Origin: Bacteroidales bacterium
Lineage (GTDB): Bacteria; Bacteroidota; Bacteroidia; Bacteroidales; F082
Assembly (NCBI GenBank): GCA_017439405.1
Contig: JAFSJF010000142.1
Location: 191-64,190, forward strand
Reading direction: 5' to 3'
DNA: 64,000 nt
The translations under genes were made by a program, and so were the position numbers. This document shows positions 30,766-39,179 of this stretch, in pieces (within the stretch, counting starts at the first letter, position 1; every line of letters begins with the position of its first letter). Under the pieces are notes generated by a model that saw only the letters and a list, made by a program, of their open reading frames with translations, was not told the DNA's origin and ran no database searches.

Positions 30766-33700
30766 TCATTTGCACAACACGAACCTTCGCATCGTCCTTC
30801 CTTTTTCCGTTTGGATTTCAAGCAGATACACTGAAGACGGCAGGGAGTGGAGCTGAATCGTGGCATTTTCGGAGCCACCGAACTGTTCCTCAAGGCACGT
30901 TTGGCCCAGCATGTCGATGACGCGGACACGTCGGATGTCTTCGGCTTCCACCGTCAGCGAACCTTGCGTCGGATTGGGGAACACTCTTGCCGCAACCGAC
31001 AGACGATCATCAAGGTCGAAAAACCCAGATTGGATGTCGAAGGTGCGTTCCACCTCGCCACAGTCCAAGCGGAATGTCGCCTTGAGCGTTGCATGGCCCG
31101 ATGTGGTCACCAATATACGGCATGTCATCGAGTCTTGGTCCACAATGGCCCAGTCAGGATGGCTCAAGCTCCATTGCACATTGCCTATAATTCCATCAAC
31201 ATCAAGCGTATAGCTATAGATTCCAGAGATAAGGTTCGTGGCCACAAAGACGTTGCTCTCGCCTTGGATTTCACCGACATCGTCCATCGAGCGGACGAAA
31301 AGGTTGATGGTGACAATGCTGTCGCAGCCATTTTGTCCCACCATGGGATCAAGTGGAATCAGGTAGTTTCCAGGCCCATAAAACACCCCAAACAGGGTCA
31401 CGCTGTCGCAAACTGTCCTGAACTGCTGTCCCGAATATGGCTTGCCAACCGTCAAGTGCAGAAAAACCGTGCTGTCGCACTCTTCAGGGGTCATGAAAGT
31501 ATGCGAATAGGTAGCGCCGTCGGTGTCGCACCAGTTGCCGTACCAATCGAAAGGCATGCAAATGGTGGTATCCTTATCCACCTTTATCTCTTCCGCAAAG
31601 CTGAAATGCATGGTCAGGACAAGGCTGTCGCAACCTTGCTGCGACTCAAAGACATGAGTGTAGTCGCCTTCCTCGCCACAATACTGGCCGTGCCAAACAA
31701 TCTGCTTGCATGAGGTACGGTAAAATGCCGAGTCGCGAGGCTGCAAGATGGTCAAGGGATGCGAAACGACACTGTCGCAATGCGTGACGGCTGTTTGCAG
31801 GGTCTCATAAACGATGCCATCTTCGTAGTAAGTAATCCCATTCCATTCAAAACCAGCGCATTCCGTCCACGGATCGCCCTCCGTGCTGACATCATGCCCT
31901 ATCGTAAGGTTGAGGTAAATCATTGAGTCGCATACCGTCCCGCTACCTTGAATGAACAATGAATCCAATTGGCTTTCAAAGTATTGCGCCCCCGTCCTTG
32001 GCCAAGTGTACTCTTCGCAAGCCGTCACCGTCTCAGTGATGGCAGCATAGTCGCCGAAACTCAGCCGAAGTTCCACCACGCTGTCGCAACCATATATGTT
32101 GGATGTCTCCCAATAGGCGATTTGCATCTCATCGCTGCGTTCAAAGGTCTGCCCGTGCCATTCAAACACATCCTGGCACGAGATAACCGGTTCCGGCACC
32201 GTGTCGCTATGATGAATCATAACGTACTGGTGCAGCAAGTGCGGACAAGGCTCTACTATCTCAGTGTCAATCATTTGGCTTTGTGTAATCGTCTCACCCC
32301 AAGGTAAGACATAATTGTTGCAGGCAGGGATGGTGTCCCAAATGTCATCGACGACCAAAACCGACACCACGACTGGACCCAAATAGCCCTCACCGCAGGA
32401 GTTGCGCGCCATGAAGCGCACCCAATAGCCGTCGTGCATGGCCTGCATGGGCATGGCCGGGTCGAATGCAGCATAGTTGTCGCCGTCGGGCGAGAGCTGC
32501 CATTGCGTCAGGCGGTCGCTCTCGTCCACGTTTTTCCAAACGACCTCAGGATCGGGCAAGTCCATGGGGAAGCCCTCGCAAACCTCCAACGCGGACAAAG
32601 TCCCATGCACCTCGGGCACGTCGTTCACCCTGAAAGGCACCACGTTGGAAGAGTCAGCGCCGCAACCGTTATGTACCGTGAAACGGAGGTAATAGTCGCC
32701 GTATGGCAGGCCGTTTCCTGAAGGATCGAGCAAGCTGAACGGGCCTTCGGGTGCTGTGGCGTATTCCCATTGCGGCAAGCCTCCCTCTGAATGGTTCAGT
32801 TCGTATTGAGGCTCAACGACTTGAATTACATCTCCCGCACAAATTCCAGGGGGCGGTACGATGTCGCCCACGATTTCCGGCTCATGGTTGATGGTCAGGT
32901 AAAGGATATAGACACTGTCGCACTCAATGGGATTGGGATTATAGACCGTATCGTTATAAACACCTGACACATAGTGTGTTTCGTTTCGCCAAACAAATTC
33001 ATTGCAAGAAGTCTCCGTTTGCGACTCGATGAAATAGTCCTCATTCAACGTGAAATGCAGATGCGCGGTTATTTCGCAACCGTACTCGGTGTTCACTTGC
33101 GCAGTGGTATCGCATGTGTGGTCGCAAACGATGTCATTCCAAACGTAGGTGTCGCAGGCCGTAATGGCCTCGTAAGTCGGATCGGTGGGAAAGACCGTCA
33201 CTTGCACCACATCGGAACAACCAGTGCCACAGCTGTTTATGGCCACGTATCGAAGATAGTGGCCGTTGTAGTCAAAAGGAATGTCGTTGTTGGTCAACGG
33301 CACAAACGGCCCCGTCGGCGAAGGAGCGATTTCCCAGCCTTGACCCATAAGACCGGAGCCGTTGTCTTCGATGGAAGGCAAGGTCAAGTCGAAACTCTCG
33401 CCCGCGCAGATACCGCTGGGGGCTGTGACGTTGCCCACCGTAGGCAGCCGGCACAAGCTGACAGTCACCATGGCCTCGCTTGTCACACCGTGGTTGTTCA
33501 CACGGTATTGGAACTGGTCGGTGAAGCCCGCAAAACTTCCGTCGGTGTAAGTGAATCTTATCTTTTTGTCCGTCAGCACGGCAGCCGTTCCATGCAAGGG
33601 ATTGTTCGTCACGCTGACGATGACATCGGTGGCATTGGGCTGAATGTCGTCGTTTGCCAAGACATCAATGTCAACCGAAGCACTCAGGCATACTGGCCCG

Positions 33701-34338
33701 GCCTGGTCGCCGTTTGCTGTGGCGTCGTAAACCACACTCGGGACGAAGGATATCTCGTCGAGGCCGAAGTCGTCGCCAAGACCGGGGTTGCTTTGGTAAA
33801 GATCACAGATCTCAATTTCGACTGGCCCGAAATAATTTCCGCTGTTCCACGTACGGGTCATGAGTTGCCAATTATAGTTGGTGGGGTTCAAAGAAAGCGA
33901 TTCACCCACATTGGCCCCGTTGATTTTCAACTGGATGACTGCAGGCAAAGGGTCGAGAAACAGCAATTCTTGCGACAAGTTGGCCAACTGGCAGGAGAAA
34001 GTATAATCGGTTTGGGCAGTCACGTTGACCGTTTGTTTCCAGACCGCTTTCGGATAAGTCGCCGTATTGCCAAATCCATTGACAAGCATATACATGCCGG
34101 AACCACCATAGCCCACAACAGGATACCATGCGACGCCGCCTGCATGACCCGAGGCCGTGTTGTCAACGCAATAGCAGCCCTCGCCCACGGTCCCTGAACC
34201 GACATAGTTGTATTCCGTATCAAACCCCGTATTCCCTTGTTCAAAGCCACCATTGACGATGATGTTCTGAGCGACAAGAGGCAGCGTGCCCAAAAGCGCC
34301 GCCATAACCATGACAAGATCCAAAAGTCTGTTTTTCAT
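30766..34338 (-). CDS. T9SS-sorted giant surface protein, paralogue of 28085..30703
   Basis: It has the same N-domain (NGGFEQGNTGF..GDDFGLDEISF), more than 12 CDS-containing repeats, and the C-terminal tail VFPNPTQGSLTVEAE..VRVIDMLGQ..SVYLLEIQT. Confidence 0.8.
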   Translation of the reverse strand: MKNRLLDLVMVMAALLGTLPLVAQNIIVNGGFEQGNTGFDTEYNYVGSGTVGEGCYCVDNTASGHAGGVAWYPVVGYGGSGMYMLVNGFGNTATYPKAVWKQTVNVTAQTDYTFSCQLANLSQELLFLDPLPAVIQLKINGANVGESLSLNPTNYNWQLMTRTWNSGNYFGPVEIEICDLYQSNPGLGDDFGLDEISFVPSVVYDATANGDQAGPVCLSASVDIDVLANDDIQPNATDVIVSVTNNPLHGTAAVLTDKKIRFTYTDGSFAGFTDQFQYRVNNHGVTSEAMVTVSLCRLPTVGNVTAPSGICAGESFDLTLPSIEDNGSGLMGQGWEIAPSPTGPFVPLTNNDIPFDYNGHYLRYVAINSCGTGCSDVVQVTVFPTDPTYEAITACDTYVWNDIVCDHTCDTTAQVNTEYGCEITAHLHFTLNEDYFIESQTETSCNEFVWRNETHYVSGVYNDTVYNPNPIECDSVYILYLTINHEPEIVGDIVPPPGICAGDVIQVVEPQYELNHSEGGLPQWEYATAPEGPFSLLDPSGNGLPYGDYYLRFTVHNGCGADSSNVVPFRVNDVPEVHGTLSALEVCEGFPMDLPDPEVVWKNVDESDRLTQWQLSPDGDNYAAFDPAMPMQAMHDGYWVRFMARNSCGEGYLGPVVVSVLVVDDIWDTIPACNNYVLPWGETITQSQMIDTEIVEPCPHLLHQYVMIHHSDTVPEPVISCQDVFEWHGQTFERSDEMQIAYWETSNIYGCDSVVELRLSFGDYAAITETVTACEEYTWPRTGAQYFESQLDSLFIQGSGTVCDSMIYLNLTIGHDVSTEGDPWTECAGFEWNGITYYEDGIVYETLQTAVTHCDSVVSHPLTILQPRDSAFYRTSCKQIVWHGQYCGEEGDYTHVFESQQGCDSLVLTMHFSFAEEIKVDKDTTICMPFDWYGNWCDTDGATYSHTFMTPEECDSTVFLHLTVGKPYSGQQFRTVCDSVTLFGVFYGPGNYLIPLDPMVGQNGCDSIVTINLFVRSMDDVGEIQGESNVFVATNLISGIYSYTLDVDGIIGNVQWSLSHPDWAIVDQDSMTCRILVTTSGHATLKATFRLDCGEVERTFDIQSGFFDLDDRLSVAARVFPNPTQGSLTVEAEDIRRVRVIDMLGQTCLEEQFGGSENATIQLHSLPSSVYLLEIQTEKGRTMRRFVLCK

Positions 34339-34528
34339 GACAAAAGTTTTATTTCCAACTCAATACGAGGCGTTTTATTGTGCAGAGGTCGAAACAATGG
34401 AACTGCCTTTCACAAAAACAACACATAACAGGTGGGAAAAACCATCTTTTTGAATGTCAAATATTCAACACTTTCAAATTACGCATCAAAAACACACTTT
34501 TTCCGAGAAATAGAGGCTCAAAAACCAC

Positions 34529-34583
34529 ATTTTTTTCGAAAAAAGGAACAAAAAAGCCAAGAAGCACTTTCGCATTCCTTGGC
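34529..34583 (-). repeat. Orphan copy of the clpB terminator hairpin (left copy of an island-flanking direct repeat)
   Basis: gccaagaagcactttcgcattccttggc (34556..34583) matches 50631..50658 at 26 of 28 positions. The preceding tttttt(c/g)gaaaaaa tract is also shared. No minus-strand gene ends just upstream of it. Confidence 0.7.
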
Positions 34584-34713
34584 ACTAAGCGGCATGGCTA
34601 TGCAATGCTTTATAAGGAATCTTCGATAAACAACAGGATGCTCATTCTATATTAAAAAGTGTGTTTTTACTGAAATTTATCATTTTAAAATGGATTTATT
34701 CAAAATTGTTTCC

Positions 34714-34721
34714 TATCTTTG
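34714..34721 (+). promoter_or_regulatory. -7 box TAtcTTTG for the decayed TA module
   Basis: TAnnTTTG match 21 nt upstream of ATG 34742. Confidence 0.45.
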
Positions 34722-34741
34722 CAGCGCAAACTCAATCATTC

Positions 34742-34837
34742 ATGATTAGGACAAAACAAGAAGTCGAGGCTTTTCTCGGACTGTTTTTTCTGCATTTCGT
34801 TCCACATCGCGGAGCATCCTATAAACTACGCATATAG
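34742..34837 (+). pseudogene. 31-codon remnant resembling the N-terminus of an MqsR-type toxin
   Basis: My translation is MIRTKQEVEAFLGLFFLHFVPHRGASYKLRI*. It sits exactly where a toxin gene precedes MqsA-type antitoxins. The resemblance is from memory of M..K.EI..FL N-termini and is weak. Confidence 0.3.
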
Positions 34838-34842
34838 AAAGG

Positions 34843-35848
34843 ATGAATAACATGGAAAAATACGTCGACATCAAAAGCCCTTTTACCGGTGGAAAAGTCA
34901 AGGAAATCAGCACCGTGGAAGTGCATGAATTCAGGAAAGAACGGCTTTCGGTTCATGTACGCTATTATGTCTGCGAAGACACCGGCGAACGCTTTACGAC
35001 AACCGAGCAAGACGAACTCCTATTCAACGAACTCTATTCCCAATACCGCGTGAACCATGGCATTCCGTTTCCAGAGGAAATCAAAGGTATACGATTGCAT
35101 TATGGTTTGAATTACCAACAAATCAACAAGATTCTCGGTTTTGGAGTCAACCAATATGCGCAATACGAAAAGGGGCAGATGCCTTCCGAATCCAACGGAA
35201 AGTTGCTTTCGGCAGCCATGAACCGCCAGTTTATGCTTCATCTGTTGGAAGACAGCCGAGCCGAATTTGACGAAACCGAATACACTAAGGTGTATCAATC
35301 CATCTTGGCCTCGGAAGTAAAGCCCGAAAACGAGGCCCAAAAACGGCTCATCTACCGCGACATACGCCGCTCCGTGTATAATGGATTTGGCCAGATGAAC
35401 GTCGAAAAAGTATCCGAGATGGTCAAATTCTTCATTTTCAAGGAAGGCAGCCTGTTTCCCACAAAGCTCAACAAGGAGATGTTCTACGCCGATTTCCTAC
35501 ACTACAAACTGCACGGCCAATCGATCAACGGGCTGCAATACCAAGCCATCCAATATGGTCCCGTTCCCGTCCATTACGACACCGTCTACGACAACATCGA
35601 CGGCATCAGCAAGGAGGATCGTGGTGGCGCACGACATGGAAAGCACCCGTTTGAGTTGCAGTTCATGCGACACAAGCGTATTTAACAAACAGGAACTTGA
35701 AACGCTTGGCGCAGTTTTGGCCAAAATCCAGCCCATCAGCTCACAAGAGGTGATAGACAAAAGCCACTTGGAAGACGCTTGGAAGCATTACCGCGAGGGA
35801 AACCAGTTGATTCCTTATTCTGAGGCGTTTTCTATCCAACTTGTTTAA
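34843..35848 (+). pseudogene. MqsA-like zinc-ribbon/HTH plus Panacea (DUF4065/SocA) antitoxin-type protein, frameshifted near 35.6 kb
   Basis: ORF 34843..35685 carries the ribbon/HTH region (..YYVCEDTGERFTT..IKGIRLHYGLNYQQINKILGFGVNQYAQYEKG) and the DUF4065-like region (TKLNKEMFYADFLHYKLHGQSINGLQYQAIQYGPVP). The expected C-terminal continuation (..VFNKQELETLGAVLAKIQPISSQEVIDKSHLEDAWKHYREG) is in another frame (ORF 35555..35848). Confidence 0.6.
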
Positions 35849-35945
35849 CTTTAAACAGTCAACTTTCTTTTAAGCTCTAGTAATAAATGTCATTTCCCGA
35901 ATCAGAGATGCCAATACCTTTTCTAAAATTTGACCATTCAAGAGA

Positions 35946-36345
35946 TTATCCAACCGCCTCATAAGCAACATACTCCGCAAACCATTTATCAAGAGTTTGT
36001 TCTACTTGTTCCTCCATTTCAGACGTGATGTTCTGACGGATTTTCTGAAAAGCTACGGCGATGGAAGCCGCCTCGTCAAACCAACCAATGATAGGATGCC
36101 GTCTCATCGAAATCAGGTTGATGGGCAGAATGAGATAGGCCAAAGCCGAGTAAACTATCAATTTGGTCACCCCGTGGCGTTTCCTTGCTTTTCAGCACAT
36201 AATACATCAGCAGCACCTGGCGCGTTGTGCCACGACCAAAACGTATTGCGTTGGCCTTGATTTTCTCCCAAAGGCTGGAAAGATTCCATCCATTTGAGCC
36301 TTCATTGTTCGATTGTGTCATACCTTTAAGATTTGAATTTGTCAC
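35946..36345 (-). pseudogene. DUF1232 (YkvA-like) membrane protein split by a 1-nt frameshift in a G4 run
   Basis: ORF 36076..36345 ends ..LLMYYVLKSKETPRG. ORF 35946..36170 continues TKLIVYSALAYLILPINLIS..IIGWFDEA, the DUF1232 core. Removing one G of cacgggg near 36170 fuses them in frame. Confidence 0.6.
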
Positions 36346-36749
36346 TCCTCTTTTTCCTTTTTATATCCAATGGACACAACACCAGCATCCGATTCCGAAA
36401 CACACATTTTCCCTATTGTTTCCTCATCCTCCCAACGGAAGAAATGATAGATGTCGTCATCATCATCTTTCTTGCCGGCATAGGTCAGGTTCTCGTAGAT
36501 GATTTCCGTCACTAATTTGGCATTTCGGAAATCATAAACGCCACCTTTGCCATCTTGAAACACGATGCCGAAAGGATATTCTTTGAGGTCGCCGTACATG
36601 ACGCTATCATATTGATGCAATGCGACTTCGATTTTCACCCTGTCGAAGTCCAAATAGTCCGGTGAAAGCTGCACGGTGATGGTGTCAATGGATTGGGCTG
36701 AGGCAGCAAGTGCCAGCATCAGCATAACTGTTACTAATGTAGTTTTCAT
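36342..36749 (-). CDS. Hypothetical secreted protein
   Basis: The signal peptide is MKTTLVTVMLMLALAASAQS. There is a 4-nt overlap with the DUF1232 gene. Confidence 0.5.
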   Translation of the reverse strand: MKTTLVTVMLMLALAASAQSIDTITVQLSPDYLDFDRVKIEVALHQYDSVMYGDLKEYPFGIVFQDGKGGVYDFRNAKLVTEIIYENLTYAGKKDDDDDIYHFFRWEDEETIGKMCVSESDAGVVSIGYKKEKEE

Positions 36750-36776
36750 ACGATTCAGTTTTTAATTCAATTCTTC

Positions 36777-38006
36777 TTAAATCGGGCTGCAAGCCGTCGT
36801 CACGGCCTTGCAGCCCTTCAAAATATCATAATCTTTATAGTTTCTCCCCACATTCGTTCCCCTGCTGTCCAAAATCACCGAGCCGTTGGAGCCGTCGCAA
36901 TGGTAGCGGTCTGGACCAATGGCCTCAATGCTCGAATAGGATGGTGGCGTGATGATGTTGCCGTTCCTGTCCATCAAACCGTAGCTCCAATCTGCGGTGC
37001 GGTATCTCAGACAGTTGGCCGTGGCTGATTTCAGTATGCCTTCCTCGTCATACTCATCGGTGGAATACTCCATTTTCTCGACCTCATCGAAGTTGCATGG
37101 ATTGATGATGTTGCATTCAAAGTCCAGCACCTGGTTGAGATGGTCGAGGCGGCACACGAAAATGCGGCTATCCTCATGGTGAACGGTGATGTTGTCGTAC
37201 TCTATCGGCAGAAGCATCTGACCTTTCGCATCAAACAGGCCATAGTTCCACTCGCGGTCTTGAACCAACCAAAAGCCTTTCGTGTCGAATGCCATTTCAT
37301 AGTATTCAGGACTGACCACCCAATGGCCTTGCTTGTCGATGAGGCCAATACGGTCGCCGTCGCCCAACATCTGGCACAAACCGTTGTGGAAGCAGTAGTC
37401 ATCGATGCGATTGGTATAAGGGAAATCTTTGTCTATCGCTTTCCGTCCCCTGTGGTCGATGAAATGCAGTGTTCCCTTCTCCATCACGCAGGCTACACCT
37501 TCAGAGAAGATCCAAGCCTTTTCGTATTGTGCTGGAATTGCCACCTCACCCGTGAAACGGTTGAAATAGCCACGCTTGCGTTCTTCGGAGGAAGAGAAGC
37601 AACTCAGGCTGTCGCCATCGGATGACTTGCAGACCCATTGGATGCCTGTTGCCGTGCGCTGTCCAAGGGTCGTGTTGTAAAGGTAGCCCGGATAGTCGTC
37701 GTGATAGATTACGAAGGGGCTGACATACTGGTTGCCATAAGGGTGAAGATAGGTCGGGCTGTTCACCATGCGCCGATATTCACGCCGCTTGCATGCACGG
37801 TCTATACCGTTATAGACATTGATGACAAGAACGATGGAGACTATCAGCGCGACAACCGCCGCACTTGTTGCAAACACACGCCACACGAATCTTCCGAACT
37901 TGCTTTCGGCCTTGTAGCCGAACATCTTGGCCACCCAACGGGCAGCTTGCTTAAGGGCTCCGTCTTTTTTCGGATTGCCCATCTCTGTTTTTTGTTTGTT
38001 GCTCAT
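36777..38006 (-). CDS. WG-repeat (KWG) containing membrane-anchored protein
   Basis: The N-terminal TM segment is VFATSAAVVALIVSIVLVI. It has repeated ..GL(I/F/M)D..G..(V/L).P.EY.. units typical of WG-containing repeats. Confidence 0.65.
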   Translation of the reverse strand: MSNKQKTEMGNPKKDGALKQAARWVAKMFGYKAESKFGRFVWRVFATSAAVVALIVSIVLVINVYNGIDRACKRREYRRMVNSPTYLHPYGNQYVSPFVIYHDDYPGYLYNTTLGQRTATGIQWVCKSSDGDSLSCFSSSEERKRGYFNRFTGEVAIPAQYEKAWIFSEGVACVMEKGTLHFIDHRGRKAIDKDFPYTNRIDDYCFHNGLCQMLGDGDRIGLIDKQGHWVVSPEYYEMAFDTKGFWLVQDREWNYGLFDAKGQMLLPIEYDNITVHHEDSRIFVCRLDHLNQVLDFECNIINPCNFDEVEKMEYSTDEYDEEGILKSATANCLRYRTADWSYGLMDRNGNIITPPSYSSIEAIGPDRYHCDGSNGSVILDSRGTNVGRNYKDYDILKGCKAVTTACSPI

Positions 38007-38172
38007 AATCTTTACTGTTTTAATGGATTAGTTTTGAGTGTATTATTCCCGTGCAGCCTTCCCTCGTATTAGGGGAAGGTGCAAAATTGATTCAGATTTG
38101 CTTTATTGTCGTTTTCTGACAATATAGACAGAAACGACGGGCAAAACCTATCACCTTAGATCAAATTTTTGG

Positions 38173-38202
38173 AAAAAAAGAGCCGTGCTATTCGAACACG
38201 GC
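38173..38202 (-). terminator. Candidate intrinsic terminator ending the nine-gene operon
   Basis: The minus-strand RNA has GCCGUG-loop-CACGGC followed by UCUUUUUUU. A T-run also occurs on the plus side, so it may be bidirectional. Confidence 0.45.
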
Positions 38203-38262
38203 ACAATTCCTTTTTTAGATGAAGTATCCACCAATATCAGTCAGGTTTTTGTCCTAACATTA

Positions 38263-38511
38263 TTACCAATCCGTTACCGACCATGTGCCTCCACACATAA
38301 GGCATTTGTATGTCTTTTTTGCACTTTTATTAAAATCCATGTTTTTTTGTGTCACATACTTACCTGCGGCATAATGAAGTCCACGAACAAGACAACCAAG
38401 CGAGCCAACTGCAATACATAAGGCATCCCCAACCTTTTTTGTTACCGTAGTTTCAGCCTTTTTTAGCACAATCACATTCGTGCTCTTACAACTTTCATTG
38501 ATGCATTCCAT
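38263..38511 (-). CDS. Small split zinc-ribbon protein with central hydrophobic segment
   Basis: 82 aa. It has CINESC at the N-terminus and CLMCG at the C-terminus, flanking VGDALCIAVGSLGCLV. It is the last gene of the operon. Confidence 0.5.
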   Translation of the reverse strand: MECINESCKSTNVIVLKKAETTVTKKVGDALCIAVGSLGCLVRGLHYAAGKYVTQKNMDFNKSAKKTYKCLMCGGTWSVTDW

Positions 38512-38519
38512 AACTTTGA

Positions 38520-39179
38520 TTATTTTGCTTTAATACAATATAATAAAGCGATGTTTTTTGGCCTGTTTTCATTGTCTGCCTTTACTTTTCCATAATTAGA
38601 ACTAACCGCCCCAGATGTACCTGCATCAATCTTCAAACGCATATTATGTGTATGACTGCCTTCTGAAGTCGTTCCTTTGCCTGAATCCGAATAAGAGAAA
38701 TCACTATCGCTATACGACACTTCAAAAACCGTGTATGAACTGAACGCACCATTAGTAATTGCATGAGAATGATAATATACTTTATGGTGGTGTTCTCCTG
38801 AAGAATCGGTTTTCAAGGTTTTATCAATATATACTTTGTGTGAATGCCCTTGTATTGCATCTTCTTGGTAATCTCCCAGCTCCCGTTCTGGATCTACATT
38901 TCCTTCCATATCCCAACCACGAATGAATCTTCCTTGCAAGTCAGGAACGCAGAAAAATCCTAACGTTGTTTCTTCTGGAGTAAAAGTTGTTCCGATAGTA
39001 TCAAACAACTCTTGAAAGAGTTCAATTCTATATTCTTTCCCATCGCATATCAACCATCCCTTTGGAACTTTTTCCATTGCAAATGCTCCAATTGTACCAA
39101 TAGGCACAACTGATTGTTTAAGTTCCTCAATTTCTTGTTTTAACAATTCTAATTGCTGAATTATCTCTGAATGTTCCAT
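38520..39179 (-). CDS. Coiled-coil plus phage tail-collar domain protein (MdpB-like)
   Basis: PIGTIGAFAMEKVPKGWLICDGKEY..LFQELFDTIGTTF..FCVPDLQGRFIRGW matches the tail-collar motif. The N-terminus QQLELLKQEIEELKQ is a coiled coil. Confidence 0.75.
   Translation of the reverse strand: MEHSEIIQQLELLKQEIEELKQSVVPIGTIGAFAMEKVPKGWLICDGKEYRIELFQELFDTIGTTFTPEETTLGFFCVPDLQGRFIRGWDMEGNVDPERELGDYQEDAIQGHSHKVYIDKTLKTDSSGEHHHKVYYHSHAITNGAFSSYTVFEVSYSDSDFSYSDSGKGTTSEGSHTHNMRLKIDAGTSGAVSSNYGKVKADNENRPKNIALLYCIKAK

Noticed and set aside
32974-34197. 407-aa + ORF (with 30847..31713, 28472..29155 and 29249..29857)
   Set aside because: They are antisense shadows of the two T9SS surface-protein genes.
38185-38421. 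78-aa + ORF
   Set aside because: It overlaps the terminator hairpin and is antisense to the small zinc-ribbon gene. The AT-rich sequence has chance openness.
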